From positions 62,001 through 126,000 of IMG/VR virus record IMGVR_UViG_3300035661_000001: a stretch of DNA of 64,000 nt, one strand, 5' to 3'. The translations under genes and the position numbers were made by a program. This document shows, piece after piece, positions 31,830-42,839 of the stretch. The stretch's first letter is position 1. Every line of letters begins with the position of its first letter. Below the pieces are notes generated by a model. The model ran no database searches. It saw only the letters and a list, made by a program, of their open reading frames with translations, and was not told where the DNA came from.

Positions 31830-32621
31830 ATGATCATTGACTGTCATACTCATATTGGACGAAATCAACATATAGATTTTTTAGTAGATCAACTACTAAA
31901 ATCTATGGATGAAGCAAAAATCGATAAATCTTTGGTATTTGCCGGCGAATTGAATAATATTTCAAATGAATATCTTCTTGATGCTATAGGTCCCCATCGC
32001 GACCGATTGATGGCGGTAGCTGCCGCGTCGCCTATGTCTAGGCGCGGCGGTCTGTTAGGAGAAGGAGTTAAAGAAGAAGCGAAAATTATTTCCGATTTGT
32101 ATGGCGAAGGAAAAATTGTTGCCTGTAAATTTTATACAGGCTATGATCATTTTTATCCTTATGATGAAATCATTCAAGATTATTTGATTAGTTTTGAAGA
32201 AATACATTGTCCGGTTATTTTCCATTCTGGAGATTGTTTGTGTTCAGCTAATCACGCTAAATTAAAATACGCACACCCACTTCATATCGATGAAGTTGCT
32301 GTAGATTATCCGGGCATTAATTTCATTATAGCTCACATTGGTTTTCCTTGGCATAGAGATGCGGCTGAGGTCGTATACAAAAACAAAAATGTTTTTGCAG
32401 ATATTTCTGGTTTTGTTTACGGATCATTTGGTCTCAATTCAGAATCTTCATTTCATAAAATGCTTGAAGAAGTTTTGGATATAACAGGTAATTCTGACAA
32501 ACTTTTGTTTGGAACAGATTGTCCAATTTCTGATCAGTCAAGTTATGTAATGGCAGCCAGCAAAGTTCTGCCAGAAGATATTTTTTGTAAGAATCCTAAG
32601 AAAGCATTTAATTTTAAATGA
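31830..32621 (+). CDS. Amidohydrolase family (TIM-barrel metal hydrolase)
   Basis: 'IDCHTH', 'FHSG', 'AHIG', 'LFGTD.P'. Confidence 0.88.
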   Translation: MIIDCHTHIGRNQHIDFLVDQLLKSMDEAKIDKSLVFAGELNNISNEYLLDAIGPHRDRLMAVAAASPMSRRGGLLGEGVKEEAKIISDLYGEGKIVACKFYTGYDHFYPYDEIIQDYLISFEEIHCPVIFHSGDCLCSANHAKLKYAHPLHIDEVAVDYPGINFIIAHIGFPWHRDAAEVVYKNKNVFADISGFVYGSFGLNSESSFHKMLEEVLDITGNSDKLLFGTDCPISDQSSYVMAASKVLPEDIFCKNPKKAFNFK

Positions 32622-33206
32622 TAATTTTTAAAGCCGATTTCTTCACTATTGGATCAGATGATGATTACAATCAAAAAGATTTTCTAAAGAATCTAGAAAA
32701 TAATTTCCAATATTTTAGTGCTACCCTTCATACTCATGATGACTATAATCACTATGATCCTTGCTATATATTTGAAAGCATAGATGACGCTTTAGATGAA
32801 GCCGCAAACCATGAGGCTGTTGGTGTAAAAATTTCTAAATTCGTTTTGGATGAGGATGATTGTAAAGAACTTTTAATTTCTAGGAATTTGAAAGTTCCTT
32901 CAGAAAAAGTATATTATTCTTATAATGAAACGACCCAAGAGTTGGAAGAATTCCAATTAAAAATTTTCCTGTAATAATCTATGTTAAAAAATATTAAAGT
33001 AGCTAAACTGATTGAAGAACTTCAGAAATATGATCAAGAATCTACAATTTCTGAAGTTAATTTATCTGGTGCAGAATTGATTTCTTGGAGAAATGATCCG
33101 AAGAACCCATCGTGGGTAAGATATAAAAACAGATATAAACATGATGACAAACCATGCTCATGTGGATATGTTCCATGGGATGGTTTACCTTTTTGAAAAT
33201 AAAATT

Positions 33207-34547
33207 ATGACTAGAGTTAGATTTGCTCCTAGCCCAACAGGAACGCTTCATGTTGGCGGGGTGCGTACGGCATTGTACAATTGGTTATGGGCTCGCAAAA
33301 ACGGTGGGAAATTTATTCTCCGCATTGAAGATACCGATCAAGTCCGTAATGATCCTGCTAGTTATAATAACATTTTAACAGCTCTGGATTGGCTTGGACT
33401 AGATTGGGATGAGGGTCCTAATGTTGGTGGAGATCATGGTCCTTATACTCAATCAGAGCGCCGTGACTTGTATAAAACTTGTGCTAATCTTTTAATAGAC
33501 TCCGGTAAAGCTTACCGTTGCAATTGTAGTTCTGACGATCTCGATCGCATGAGGCACGAATTTCGAGGCAGAAATGTTAAAGATACTTGGAAATACCCGG
33601 GCGTTTGTCGAGATAAAAACGTTTCTTCAGATGTACCTCATGTAGTGAGATTGATTGTTGATCCTGGGCAAGTCGTCTCATTTGACGATCTTGTTTTTGG
33701 TAATATCAAAACTCCTACATCCTCTCTTTATGATTTTGTTATCATGAGAGAGAATGGCGTGCCGCTGTACAATTTCGCGGCAGTCATTGATGATTACCTT
33801 ATGGATATTTCTTTGGTAGGTCGTGGTAAAGATCATTTGATTAATACTCCTCCTCAGATTCTAATCTACCAAGCTTTAGGTTGGAAGACTCCTGATTTTG
33901 CACATTTACCAATGTTGCTTAATCAAGATAATGTAAAACTCTCCAAGAGAGACGGCGCGGTCTCGGTGGATCAATTCAGAGAACTTGGGTTTTCAGCCAA
34001 TGGGCTTTTGAATTATTTAATGAGATTTGGTTGGGCTCATGGTGATAAAGAGCTTTTCTCCATGCAGGAGATGATTGATTTATTCTCTTGGGATAAATGT
34101 AAAAAATCAGATGGTAAGTTTGATTTCACAAAAGCCACGGCAATCAATGGTAAAAATCTTATCAATGATCAGTTGGTACCTGATAAGGTATATACTGATG
34201 ACTTGAAGAAGTTCATCCCTGATATTACCCCCGACAAAATAGCTCTAGTAAGGGCTAAGGCTAAAACTTACAAGGAGTCGGCAGCCTTCTTGTCATTCTT
34301 CACTGACGGCTCTCTTAATGGTCCCCCGGCGGATATGGATCCTGACGATAAGGCTCATGTCGAGACGTTTTTGAATATGTATCCTGTTTTGATTGTCAAT
34401 AAAGACAGAAATGCATTTTTGGACCTTACAAGGAAGTATTGTGAGTCTCATGATGTTCCTTTTGCAAGGATTTCTCAGGCGTTAAGATATTGGTTTACAC
34501 ACAGAACGGTTGGACCTGATATCTATCAGATAATGACTTATCTGTAA
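33207..34547 (+). CDS. gltX: Glutamyl-tRNA synthetase
   Basis: 'RVRFAPSPTGTLHVGG', 'RIEDTD', 'WDEGP', 'YTQSER', 'YNFA.VIDD', 'KLSKR'; true start is Met23 of the listed ORF. Confidence 0.95.
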   Translation: MTRVRFAPSPTGTLHVGGVRTALYNWLWARKNGGKFILRIEDTDQVRNDPASYNNILTALDWLGLDWDEGPNVGGDHGPYTQSERRDLYKTCANLLIDSGKAYRCNCSSDDLDRMRHEFRGRNVKDTWKYPGVCRDKNVSSDVPHVVRLIVDPGQVVSFDDLVFGNIKTPTSSLYDFVIMRENGVPLYNFAAVIDDYLMDISLVGRGKDHLINTPPQILIYQALGWKTPDFAHLPMLLNQDNVKLSKRDGAVSVDQFRELGFSANGLLNYLMRFGWAHGDKELFSMQEMIDLFSWDKCKKSDGKFDFTKATAINGKNLINDQLVPDKVYTDDLKKFIPDITPDKIALVRAKAKTYKESAAFLSFFTDGSLNGPPADMDPDDKAHVETFLNMYPVLIVNKDRNAFLDLTRKYCESHDVPFARISQALRYWFTHRTVGPDIYQIMTYL

Positions 34548-34583
34548 TATTTACCTCAGTCGCATTCACTAAAGGATATTTTT

Positions 34584-35774
34584 ATGGATCATCGCGAAAT
34601 CGGCAAGAGGATGGACCTTCTCATGTTCCATCCTCTTAGTCCTGGCTGTCCCATCTGGTTACCTGCTGGGAATTTCTTGTATTCTACCCTCTCGGATAAG
34701 ATTCGACAACTCAACAAGCGTAATGGATATGTTGAAGTCCGTACGCCTATGTTGTTTAAGTCGGATCTTTTCAAGATGTCAGGGCATATGGATCACTATC
34801 GTGATAATATGTATCTCATTGGAGACTCCGAAGATGAGAGCGCATTGAAACCCATGAACTGTCCTTGCCACATGTTGATTTTCAAATCAAAAAAGTGGTC
34901 ATATAGAGAGCTGCCTTATCGTATTCATGACCAAGGCGTTCTTCACAGAAATGAAACGTCCGGGTCATTGTCAGGCTTGATTAGGGTTAGATCTTTTTGT
35001 CAAGATGATGGTCACTTGTTTGTAACGAAGGATCAGTTAATTGGTGAAATTCAATCCATTATCAAGATGGTAAACCAGGTGTATCGAGTTTTTGATATGC
35101 CTGTCCGTGCTATGGTGTCAACCAGACCCGAATCATTCATGGGCGATCCTCTCTTGTGGGATCATGCCGAGTCTGTTTTACAAGAAATCCTCAAAAACAA
35201 TTCCATGGAATTTGAAATTGATGCTGGCGCCGGAGCCTTCTACGGTCCCAAGATTGATTTCTATATTAAAGATTCGTCTGGTCGAGAATTTCAGACGGCA
35301 ACGATTCAGCTTGATTTTCAGTTGCCATTGAAGTTTGACCTATCATATCAGGACGCTAGTAATGAATTGCTAGCCCCGATTGTTATTCATAGGGCAATTT
35401 TTGGATCTTTCGAAAGATTCATTGCTATTCTGTTAGAACATACGCAGGGTAAACTTCCACTTTGGCTGGCACCCATCCAAGGCGCGTTGATCCCAATCAA
35501 CTCAAGGAATGAGCAATTCTGCCGAGACCTGGCAGACAAATGGAATGCGGTTGGTGGTAGGTTTATTGTCAGTGACGATAACTCTCCGTTGGCGGGCAAG
35601 ATCAAACAAGCTCATGAAAAACTAATTCCTTATTCCCTAGTCGTTGGGGATCGGGAAGTTCAGGCGAATCAGGTTGCAATTAGAGAATTAAAATCCTCTA
35701 TGTCTCCTGATGATTTTTGGCAAAAACATATTGCAAATTCGTTAGAATTCAATTTTTATGACTCCCAAGACTAG
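34584..35774 (+). CDS. thrS: Threonyl-tRNA synthetase lacking the N-terminal TGS/editing domains
   Basis: Starts at 'DHREIGK'; 'KPMNCPCH', 'HRNE.SG.LSGL.RVR.F.QDD.H', 'GAFYGPKID', 'IHRAIFGSFERF', 'WLAP'. Confidence 0.95.
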   Translation: MDHREIGKRMDLLMFHPLSPGCPIWLPAGNFLYSTLSDKIRQLNKRNGYVEVRTPMLFKSDLFKMSGHMDHYRDNMYLIGDSEDESALKPMNCPCHMLIFKSKKWSYRELPYRIHDQGVLHRNETSGSLSGLIRVRSFCQDDGHLFVTKDQLIGEIQSIIKMVNQVYRVFDMPVRAMVSTRPESFMGDPLLWDHAESVLQEILKNNSMEFEIDAGAGAFYGPKIDFYIKDSSGREFQTATIQLDFQLPLKFDLSYQDASNELLAPIVIHRAIFGSFERFIAILLEHTQGKLPLWLAPIQGALIPINSRNEQFCRDLADKWNAVGGRFIVSDDNSPLAGKIKQAHEKLIPYSLVVGDREVQANQVAIRELKSSMSPDDFWQKHIANSLEFNFYDSQD

Positions 35775-36363
35775 AACGTCACCTGATGTATCTCTTTCTT
35801 CTGACAGCCATGTCGCAGCGATGAAGGATATCGATTCCCATCTGCGATCTTGGGCACATAATGTCAAAGATGATTTCAAAGCTTTGTCACCTGATGAGAT
35901 CAAGCTTCGTCTCAAGGAAACCGCCAATCCGTTTGCTGTGTGTTTCGAGAACTGGATTGGCGATTTCAATATCTCTACCGGAATGAGAAATGCCAATGCC
36001 TTTAATGCCAAAGAGGCATTTTACGTTGGCAACAAGCGGTGGGATAAGCGCGGAGCTGTTGGAGTATACAACTACACTGACATCAATTGGATTCCGACTA
36101 TGGATGACTTCTTGAAACTAAAGGAGAAGTACATTTTCATTGGAATTGATAATGTTCTCGGCTCTGTTCCATTGGCTGGATTTCGTTGGCAGCCCAATAC
36201 TCTTTTGATCTTCGGAGAAGAGGGTGTTGGTCTAACTCCGGAGACACAAGCTTTGTGTGAAGCAGTGGTTGAAATTGAAATGTACGGATCTATTCGCAGT
36301 CTGAATTGTGGAACAGCGTCTGGCATTATCATGCACGATTTTGTTTCAAAAATGAGAGTTTGA
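35758..36363 (+). CDS. SpoU/TrmH-family RNA 2'-O-methyltransferase
   Basis: 'N.GMRNA.AF', 'LIFGEEGVGL', 'IEMYGSIRSLN...ASGI.MH'. Confidence 0.9.
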   Translation: MTPKTRTSPDVSLSSDSHVAAMKDIDSHLRSWAHNVKDDFKALSPDEIKLRLKETANPFAVCFENWIGDFNISTGMRNANAFNAKEAFYVGNKRWDKRGAVGVYNYTDINWIPTMDDFLKLKEKYIFIGIDNVLGSVPLAGFRWQPNTLLIFGEEGVGLTPETQALCEAVVEIEMYGSIRSLNCGTASGIIMHDFVSKMRV

Positions 36364-36727
36364 ATAATGCAAAAATTAGGGATAAATAGGGTTGAAGTAT
36401 TAATTATCAATACTCGACATTGCCCTTATGAAGTAACAGAAAGGCTTCATGAATTAGACGTTCATGATGGTCATAGACCAAGCTTTAGACTTTACATAAG
36501 CGAACTGTCCCCATATGGAGATGAAGATTGGTCTCGCATTTCTATGGAAAACATTAAGTTCTATTGGGAAAACCAGTGCGCCAGACTTGGCGAATATAAA
36601 TACAATGGGACATTAGAAGAGTTTATTAAAGATTATGGTTTAACCATTGATAAATGGTTAATTGATTCTGGTATAGATTTGACAGGAATCAAACATATCT
36701 TTTTTACTTATTAGGATTTAGATTTAT

Positions 36728-37130
36728 ATGCGTAACGCTGCCGTGATGTTTGTCATCAAAAATGGTTTGATTCTAGGTGTGTCTCGTGGTCTTGGTGATC
36801 CTAAGTTTGGTTTGCCTGGTGGTAAATGTGAGCCGGGGGGAAACTCTTATGGCAGCATCTATTCGAGAAACTTTTGAAGAAACTGGTTTGACGGTTGATT
36901 CTTGCTCTTTTATTTTTGAGCAAATCGAATTACGTCACACACCAGAAGGAGAAGATTTTAATACCCATTGTTTTTACGCTCACTCGTGGTCCGGGACTAT
37001 TGTCCCATCACACGAGGGAGACGTGCGTTGGGTAACGGTGGATGAATTAAAACGTGGATCGTTTCCAGAGTATAATTTAAAATCTCTGGAAGTTCTCAAA
37101 ACTTTGTATCCAAATATTAAACTGAAATAA
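36728..37130 (+). CDS. Nudix hydrolase with a +1 indel in the G-run at about 36835
   Basis: Removing one G gives 'GLPGGKCEPGETLMAASIRETFEETG'. Confidence 0.8.
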
Positions 37131-37138
37131 GGATTATT

Positions 37139-37798
37139 ATGAATAAATATCTTTTTGGCTTGGCACTTTCTATTGGTTTGATGTCAGCTGGTTGTGATGC
37201 CAGTAAACACATGGAAGACATGGGCTTCAAGAAGGGTGAAGGTGTAGTAGAAAAGGGTGTTATTAAATATGATACTCTGGTCGAAAAAGATGAAATCTGT
37301 AATGAGTCCTGGAGTAATTATGAGGCACAGTTACAGAGACGTGCTGACCTGATTCCGATGTTAGTTAATACTGTAAAAGGTTACGCTACACATGAACAAG
37401 AAACTTTGACTAAGGTCATGGAAGCCCGCGCCGCCGCAACTCAAATCAAAATGACGTCTGAGGATTTGACCAATCCAGAGAAGATGGCGGCGTTTCAGAA
37501 AGCTCAAGATCAGATGAAGGGAAGCTTGTCACGACTGATGGTTGTTCAGGAAAATTATCCTACTTTGAAAGCTGATGGTAGATTTCATGATTTGATGGTT
37601 TCTATGGAAGGGACCGAGAATAGAATTCTTATTGCTCGTAAGAATTACAACAAGTCTGTCATGGAGTATAACGTTGAACTCCGTAGAGTGAGCGGTAAAG
37701 CTATCAATCCTGTTACTGGTTTTGAGTTCAAGCCTCGATTGCCCTTCTCGGCTGATGAGAATGCCAAAGTTGCCCCCAAAGTGGATTTTAGCAAATGA
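37139..37798 (+). CDS. lemA: LemA family protein (lipoprotein signal)
   Basis: 'WSNYEAQLQRRADLIP.LVNTVKGYA.HE', 'ENYPTLKA', 'EGTENRI..AR..YN'. Confidence 0.93.
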   Translation: MNKYLFGLALSIGLMSAGCDASKHMEDMGFKKGEGVVEKGVIKYDTLVEKDEICNESWSNYEAQLQRRADLIPMLVNTVKGYATHEQETLTKVMEARAAATQIKMTSEDLTNPEKMAAFQKAQDQMKGSLSRLMVVQENYPTLKADGRFHDLMVSMEGTENRILIARKNYNKSVMEYNVELRRVSGKAINPVTGFEFKPRLPFSADENAKVAPKVDFSK

Positions 37799-37998
37799 GT
37801 ATTGTTATATTTATCCTTTTGTTTCTATTCTTTATATTACTTATTGCAAGTGGAGCAATCGGAGTATTACTCGAAATAGTCTTCGCTATAATAGGATTAT
37901 TTACTGGAGGATCCGTAGGCTCTGACAAATCATCAGATGATGATTCGGGATTTGGCGGCGGCGGTTCAGACGGAGGGGGATCAGATGATTCGTTTTAA
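37795..37998 (+). CDS. Small membrane protein with a TPM-like Gly/Ser/Asp tail
   Basis: Two hydrophobic segments then 'DSGFGGGGSDGGGSDDSF'. Confidence 0.55.
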   Translation: MSIVIFILLFLFFILLIASGAIGVLLEIVFAIIGLFTGGSVGSDKSSDDDSGFGGGGSDGGGSDDSF

Positions 37999-39085
37999 AT
38001 ATCTTCCTGCTGCATTATTAACAATTGCATTATTGCTTGTTAGTAATGCACTATTAGCTTTCACTCCACCTCCAGCACCCATCCCTCCGAAAAGCTATGT
38101 AGCTGATGTAGCTAATAAATTATCCTCTAGTGATTTGTTGAAACTTAATTCACAAATTAACAAGGTTAATAGAAGTAGTGCGAATGAAATAGCTGTGCTA
38201 ATTATCCAATCACTTGAAAATGAGTCTATTCCAGAAGTAGCTCATACAACTTTTAATACTTGGAAAGTTGGCAAAAAAGGATTAGATAATGGAATCTTAA
38301 TTGTTATTGCTGTAGATGACAAACGCTCTAGAATAGAAGTAGGTCGTGGAGTTGAAGGTGATTTAACTGATCTTCAATCAAATGATATTATCAGAACTAA
38401 ATTAAATCCTCTTTTGAAAAGCGGTGATTTTTATACTGGATTATCAGACACAATTGATGCTATCTCTAAAACTATCGAAAGTCGTAAGGGGCAGAAAGTA
38501 ATTCCACCTTCCGCTCCAGCGCCAACAAACCTTCCCACTGGTGCGGCAGGTTGTTCAGTTTCGGAAATTGGAATTAATGATGGTGGTGTTGCAATGTTTT
38601 CATTTATTTTCTTTATTGGTTTCATGATTATTGTTTATCTGATTTGGAAGGCAAGTGAATACAAAGATGGTACTTCCCATTATTATTCTACTCCTCCGAC
38701 TCCACCACCCCCGCCGGTCACAACCCCGCGACGGAGACGATCAGATGTTCCGACATATGGACATATCACGCCTCTTCCCAAAGAGGTTTATTATCCACCA
38801 TATAGACCATCTTCTATCTCTGCTTCTATTGCAAATTATTCTCCACCAGAACCGTATGTTGCTCCGGTGCCAGAACCAATTAAAGAGGAAGAGTCTGATT
38901 ATGTTGCGCCAGTCATTGCAGCTGTAGTTTTGTCTTCATTGTTTGAGTCTAACGATGATTCAAGAGAGAATTCATATTCTCCTCCAGAGGAAGTATACTC
39001 TCCACCATCAAGTGATTCCGTATCAGATGATACTGGATTTTCTGGTGGAGAATCAGATGGTGGCGGCTCAGATGAATCTTGGTGA
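37985..39085 (+). CDS. TPM domain (YgcG-like) membrane protein
   Basis: 'YVADVA', 'IAVLII.SL', 'WKVGKKG.DNGIL', 'RIEVGRGVEG.LTD'; tail 'GFSGGESDGGGS'. Confidence 0.9.
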   Translation: MIRFKYLPAALLTIALLLVSNALLAFTPPPAPIPPKSYVADVANKLSSSDLLKLNSQINKVNRSSANEIAVLIIQSLENESIPEVAHTTFNTWKVGKKGLDNGILIVIAVDDKRSRIEVGRGVEGDLTDLQSNDIIRTKLNPLLKSGDFYTGLSDTIDAISKTIESRKGQKVIPPSAPAPTNLPTGAAGCSVSEIGINDGGVAMFSFIFFIGFMIIVYLIWKASEYKDGTSHYYSTPPTPPPPPVTTPRRRRSDVPTYGHITPLPKEVYYPPYRPSSISASIANYSPPEPYVAPVPEPIKEEESDYVAPVIAAVVLSSLFESNDDSRENSYSPPEEVYSPPSSDSVSDDTGFSGGESDGGGSDESW

Positions 39086-39090
39086 TTGAT

Positions 39091-39126
39091 AATTGGGGAA
39101 GGATTCGAATCCTTCCCCAATTTTTG
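39091..39126 (+). terminator. Intrinsic terminator after the LemA-TPM operon
   Basis: AATTGGGGAAGGATT / AATCCTTCCCCAATT followed by a T-run. Confidence 0.75.
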
Positions 39127-39139
39127 TTTGGAGAATATT

Positions 39140-39667
39140 ATGTACCCTTTTGCTTCAAAAAATTCTCATTGTTCTTATTGTGGAGCATATTTTCTGGAAC
39201 AAGAAAATTTTCCTAGAACATGTGTTATCTGTAAAAATATTACATATTCTAATCCGTCCCCTGTAAGTGTAACTATGATTAGAGTTCTTAAAAGAGAGTA
39301 TGATTATGGTTTGGGTCTTTTAATTGTACAAAGAGCTAAAGCGCCACAAATTGGAGAATGGGCTTTGCCTGGTGGGTATTTAGTAACTGGAGAATCTTGG
39401 CAAGAAGGATCAGTACGGGAAATAAAAGAAGAGGTTGGCATTTCTTTAGATCCAGAAGGAATTAAATGTTATGATGTAGTTAATAGCTCTACAACTAATA
39501 ATTTATTAATTTTCAGCACTTACAATAAAATTGTTTTATTTGAAGAAATTGATTTTAAAATCAATGATGAAGTTTCAGATATTGATATTTGTTTTCTTCC
39601 ATCTGAATTAGCATTTCCTACCCACACCGAATATTTATCTAAATATCTGGAGGAAATCAATGAGTAA
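39140..39667 (+). CDS. Nudix hydrolase with N-terminal Zn ribbon
   Basis: 'CSYCG...C..C...Y.NP', 'WALPGGYL..GESW.EG..REIKEEVG'. Confidence 0.88.
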   Translation: MYPFASKNSHCSYCGAYFLEQENFPRTCVICKNITYSNPSPVSVTMIRVLKREYDYGLGLLIVQRAKAPQIGEWALPGGYLVTGESWQEGSVREIKEEVGISLDPEGIKCYDVVNSSTTNNLLIFSTYNKIVLFEEIDFKINDEVSDIDICFLPSELAFPTHTEYLSKYLEEINE

Positions 39668-40367
39668 TATTTGCAATAAATGTAAGATTAAAAATCCAAA
39701 ACATTCTGAAAATAATTGTCCAAATTGCCCTAAATGCGGAGCTGACCCATCGCATTATGAGATGCGCAACTATAGTATGATGTGGCATGAAGGAGATATA
39801 TACTGTACATTGTGTGACACGTTTATAAGATATTTTGATGCCGGTTAAATTAATTTGAGTTGATGGCGGAATTGATGTACGCGAGCAGAGAATAAGATAG
39901 TGTATGAGTTTTATTCACTGCTTAATGACATACTTACACTATGTTAATTTGTAGGTTTGAACCCTACTCAACTCACCATATGTATAATGTTTTACGTAAA
40001 TCCCATGAACTATATGGAGAAATTGTTTTAATTTCTATAGAAGAAATTGGAGATTATCTCAGTCCATTTCAAGCAGCAAATCGGGCTAAATTATTGAGAC
40101 GATTTTCTTTGGAAAAAGGTATCGTTAAGATAAACTTATTGGTCAATAATGAAATATTGACAGTTCAAGATTTAGAAATTTGGGCAAAACAAGAGTATGA
40201 TTTCTTACCCAAATGTCGTACTTGTTCTTGTATACTACAAGTTCAGGTCTACACCCATCCACTGTGTAAAAATAGTTTGTTTTGTTCGCAATTGTGTGCT
40301 GACAAAGATTATACTTCAGAGAACGAAAAAATGTTAGATGAAGTAGAGATCGATTATTTATAATCAT

Positions 40368-41123
40368 TCAAGAGTGTACAAAATGATTGTAAATTTTTTT
40401 AATTTGAATTTTGAATTCTTCTATAGAATAATTTAATTTAATTTTGTTACACATACTACAGCATGGTGCACAATTAGATTTCAAATACCCAATCGTATTG
40501 TCAATACGATCAATACCATTACGCATTTTATTACCACTCCGCAATTTTACAGATTTTTCTGTTCCACAATAAATACATGGCGATTTAACTAAATCTTCAA
40601 AATCAGATTGAGATATTTCCCATGATAATTTTCTTTTATCTGCACATTGAATTTTATATCTATTATACTCGGCTTTCCATGGGTCTAAAGATTCCCTCCA
40701 TTGTGGAGGAATACAACCGCATGATACGATCGGGCGAGTCTGTTTAATCAAAGAATAAGCTTTAACGATATTAATCGTGCCACAATCACATTTGCATTTT
40801 ACCATTTGACCTCCATATTTATCATGCTTATCATATGATAAAACAGTCAAATGACCGAATTTTGATCCCGGGTAAACAAGATTAATCGTTTTATTTTTTG
40901 AAGAATTATTAATTCTTTTTATACATCCACAAGACATTACTCTTCCATGACTAATTGTTTGAAATAAAACATCTGTAGTATTTCCACAATCACATAAACA
41001 TCGGACAACTGTCCCGTGCTTATTTTTACCTAAAATTTCTACAAGAGTCAATTTATTAAATTTATTACCAATGCATTTTGCAGCGAATAGTCTAGAAACA
41101 TCATTATTAATTTTATTACTCAT
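40368..41123 (-). mobile_element. Putative homing endonuclease (His-Me finger)
   Basis: Two 'C.CDCG...SCGC' repeats; 'C.YCG...NGIDRIDN..GY...NC.PCC..CN'. Confidence 0.8.
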
Positions 41124-41417
41124 TACAACATATTGTTATATTAGTATGATGATCCAAATAATGATATTACAAATATTATATTAATTGCTAGTATATAAAA
41201 ATTACAAAACTTTTAAAATATTGGACGATGAAATCATCGTGATTTCTAATGAAACAGAGTACGGAATAAGTACTGCTGTAGAAATAAATAGTACAATATA
41301 TTATCTAGGTTTAGAAGAGCCTACATTGGAAAATGTCATGTTTGCATGGCAAGATTTTAATGAAACACTTCTATCAGAAGAACAATTCGAACAAATATTG
41401 AAAGAAAATCAGGAGAA

Positions 41418-41771
41418 ATGAATATGTCAGTTAAGAAATCACCTTCAGCCAAAGTTGTTGCTAAGAAACCAGCCGTGAAGAAACCTGTAGCTAAAAAAAC
41501 GGTAGCTAAGAAAACTGCTGCTAAAAAAGTTGCGCCAAAGCCTGCTGCGAAGCCTGCGGCAAAAACTGCTAAAAAAGTAGTTAAACCCAAAGTTCCAGCT
41601 AAGAAAGTTGCAGCCAAAAAGGTAGCCGCTAAACCTGCTGTTAAGGCTCCTGCGAAGCCCGCGGCAAAGAAGGTAGCTCCTAAGAAAGTCGTAGCCAAAA
41701 AGAGCAAGAAGGTGCCGGCGGTGCCCGTTGTTGCTGCTCCAGTTGCTCCAGTTGCTCCAGTAGCAGAATAA
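41418..41771 (+). CDS. Histone H1-like Lys/Ala/Pro-rich DNA-binding protein
   Basis: Repeated KKPAA/KKVAA/PAAK pentapeptides. Confidence 0.75.
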   Translation: MNMSVKKSPSAKVVAKKPAVKKPVAKKTVAKKTAAKKVAPKPAAKPAAKTAKKVVKPKVPAKKVAAKKVAAKPAVKAPAKPAAKKVAPKKVVAKKSKKVPAVPVVAAPVAPVAPVAE

Positions 41772-41936
41772 ATAATGGAAGAATTAACAGTTAAAGATAA
41801 ATTAAAACTTGCCAAAGATTTAGTTATCAAATCTATTGATGAAGGTAATCACCTTACAGATGATCAATTATGAACTTTGAATAAAGTTCATGGCGAGTTG
41901 TCAACTTTGATTAAAAATCTTTAAAAACTCCATTCA

Positions 41937-42839
41937 TTAATGAATAGATTGTTGAATTTTTTCAAAAAGTATTTTTCTTTGCGTACCATTCAACAATCTA
42001 TTCATATAATGATAACTAAAATTAAAATTATTTTCTTGATGAAATTTTTTTCTAAATCCTATTTTATTTCTAATTTCAATAGGAATTAAAAACCATTTAT
42101 TCAAAATCTGTTCAAGATATTGATTTGACAATTTTTTGCAATTTCTATTTTTATCAGTGTTGAAATTTTCTAAATTTGATAGGCTCAATCCACGGTTTTC
42201 AAAAACTTCTATTATTTTATAAGCTAATTGTTGTTTACGTGGCATAGCTGTGATATTATCTTGATAATAAATCCATTTTAAAAATTTATAACAATTCTTG
42301 CCATAAATAGATATTTTATATAAAATATTTTTTCTAATAGAGATTTTATCTCTTATTTTTATTTCTTGTCCGGCTGGGCGTTCATAATAATTGAATTTTA
42401 TATTGTTGTTAATCAGTATTTTAGAAAAAGAATCAATAAAAGATTTACTTGCTGATACAATGTATGTTGTATTTTTGGAGCTATCAATAGATCCATCTCC
42501 GTCTATAATTCCACGAATCATATCAGGTAAATATTTTTCTGGTATTTGTGGAAATAATAGGGTTAAAGATTTATTTTCTGTACATGAATTCTGTTTAAAC
42601 CAATCAACAATTATTTTGTTTTGCCCTCGCAAACGATAACAATTGTTATGAAGCTCTAATACCTTATCAGGACAAATAATATTTTTTATTAGATCTAACC
42701 AATCCTTATCTTTACTAGTTAATTCAAAACTATTTTTATAGACACATCCATCAGTTAAATAACATCCAAGCAAATAATAACTGTTTTGATCGTTATTAGT
42801 AAAAACATCTTCATTATATTTTTTCAATGGAACCTCCAT
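41937..42839 (-). mobile_element. LAGLIDADG homing endonuclease
   Basis: 'YLLGCYLTDGCV' and 'MIRGIIDGDGSI'. Confidence 0.85.

Noticed and set aside
39855-39925. Leu-like D-loop fragment (GGCGGAATTGATGTACGCG)
   Set aside because: No anticodon stem, T arm or acceptor partner found.
41357-41830. Minus-strand Ala/Thr/Phe-rich 157-aa ORF
   Set aside because: Mirror of the low-complexity H1-like gene.
41776-41922. In-frame TGA inside a short ORF as selenocysteine or read-through
   Set aside because: Only about 16 codons follow, there is no SECIS-like hairpin, and no functional motif.
41937-42839. LAGLIDADG gene as part of an intron or intein
   Set aside because: It is antisense and free-standing; no split host gene or splice motifs flank it.
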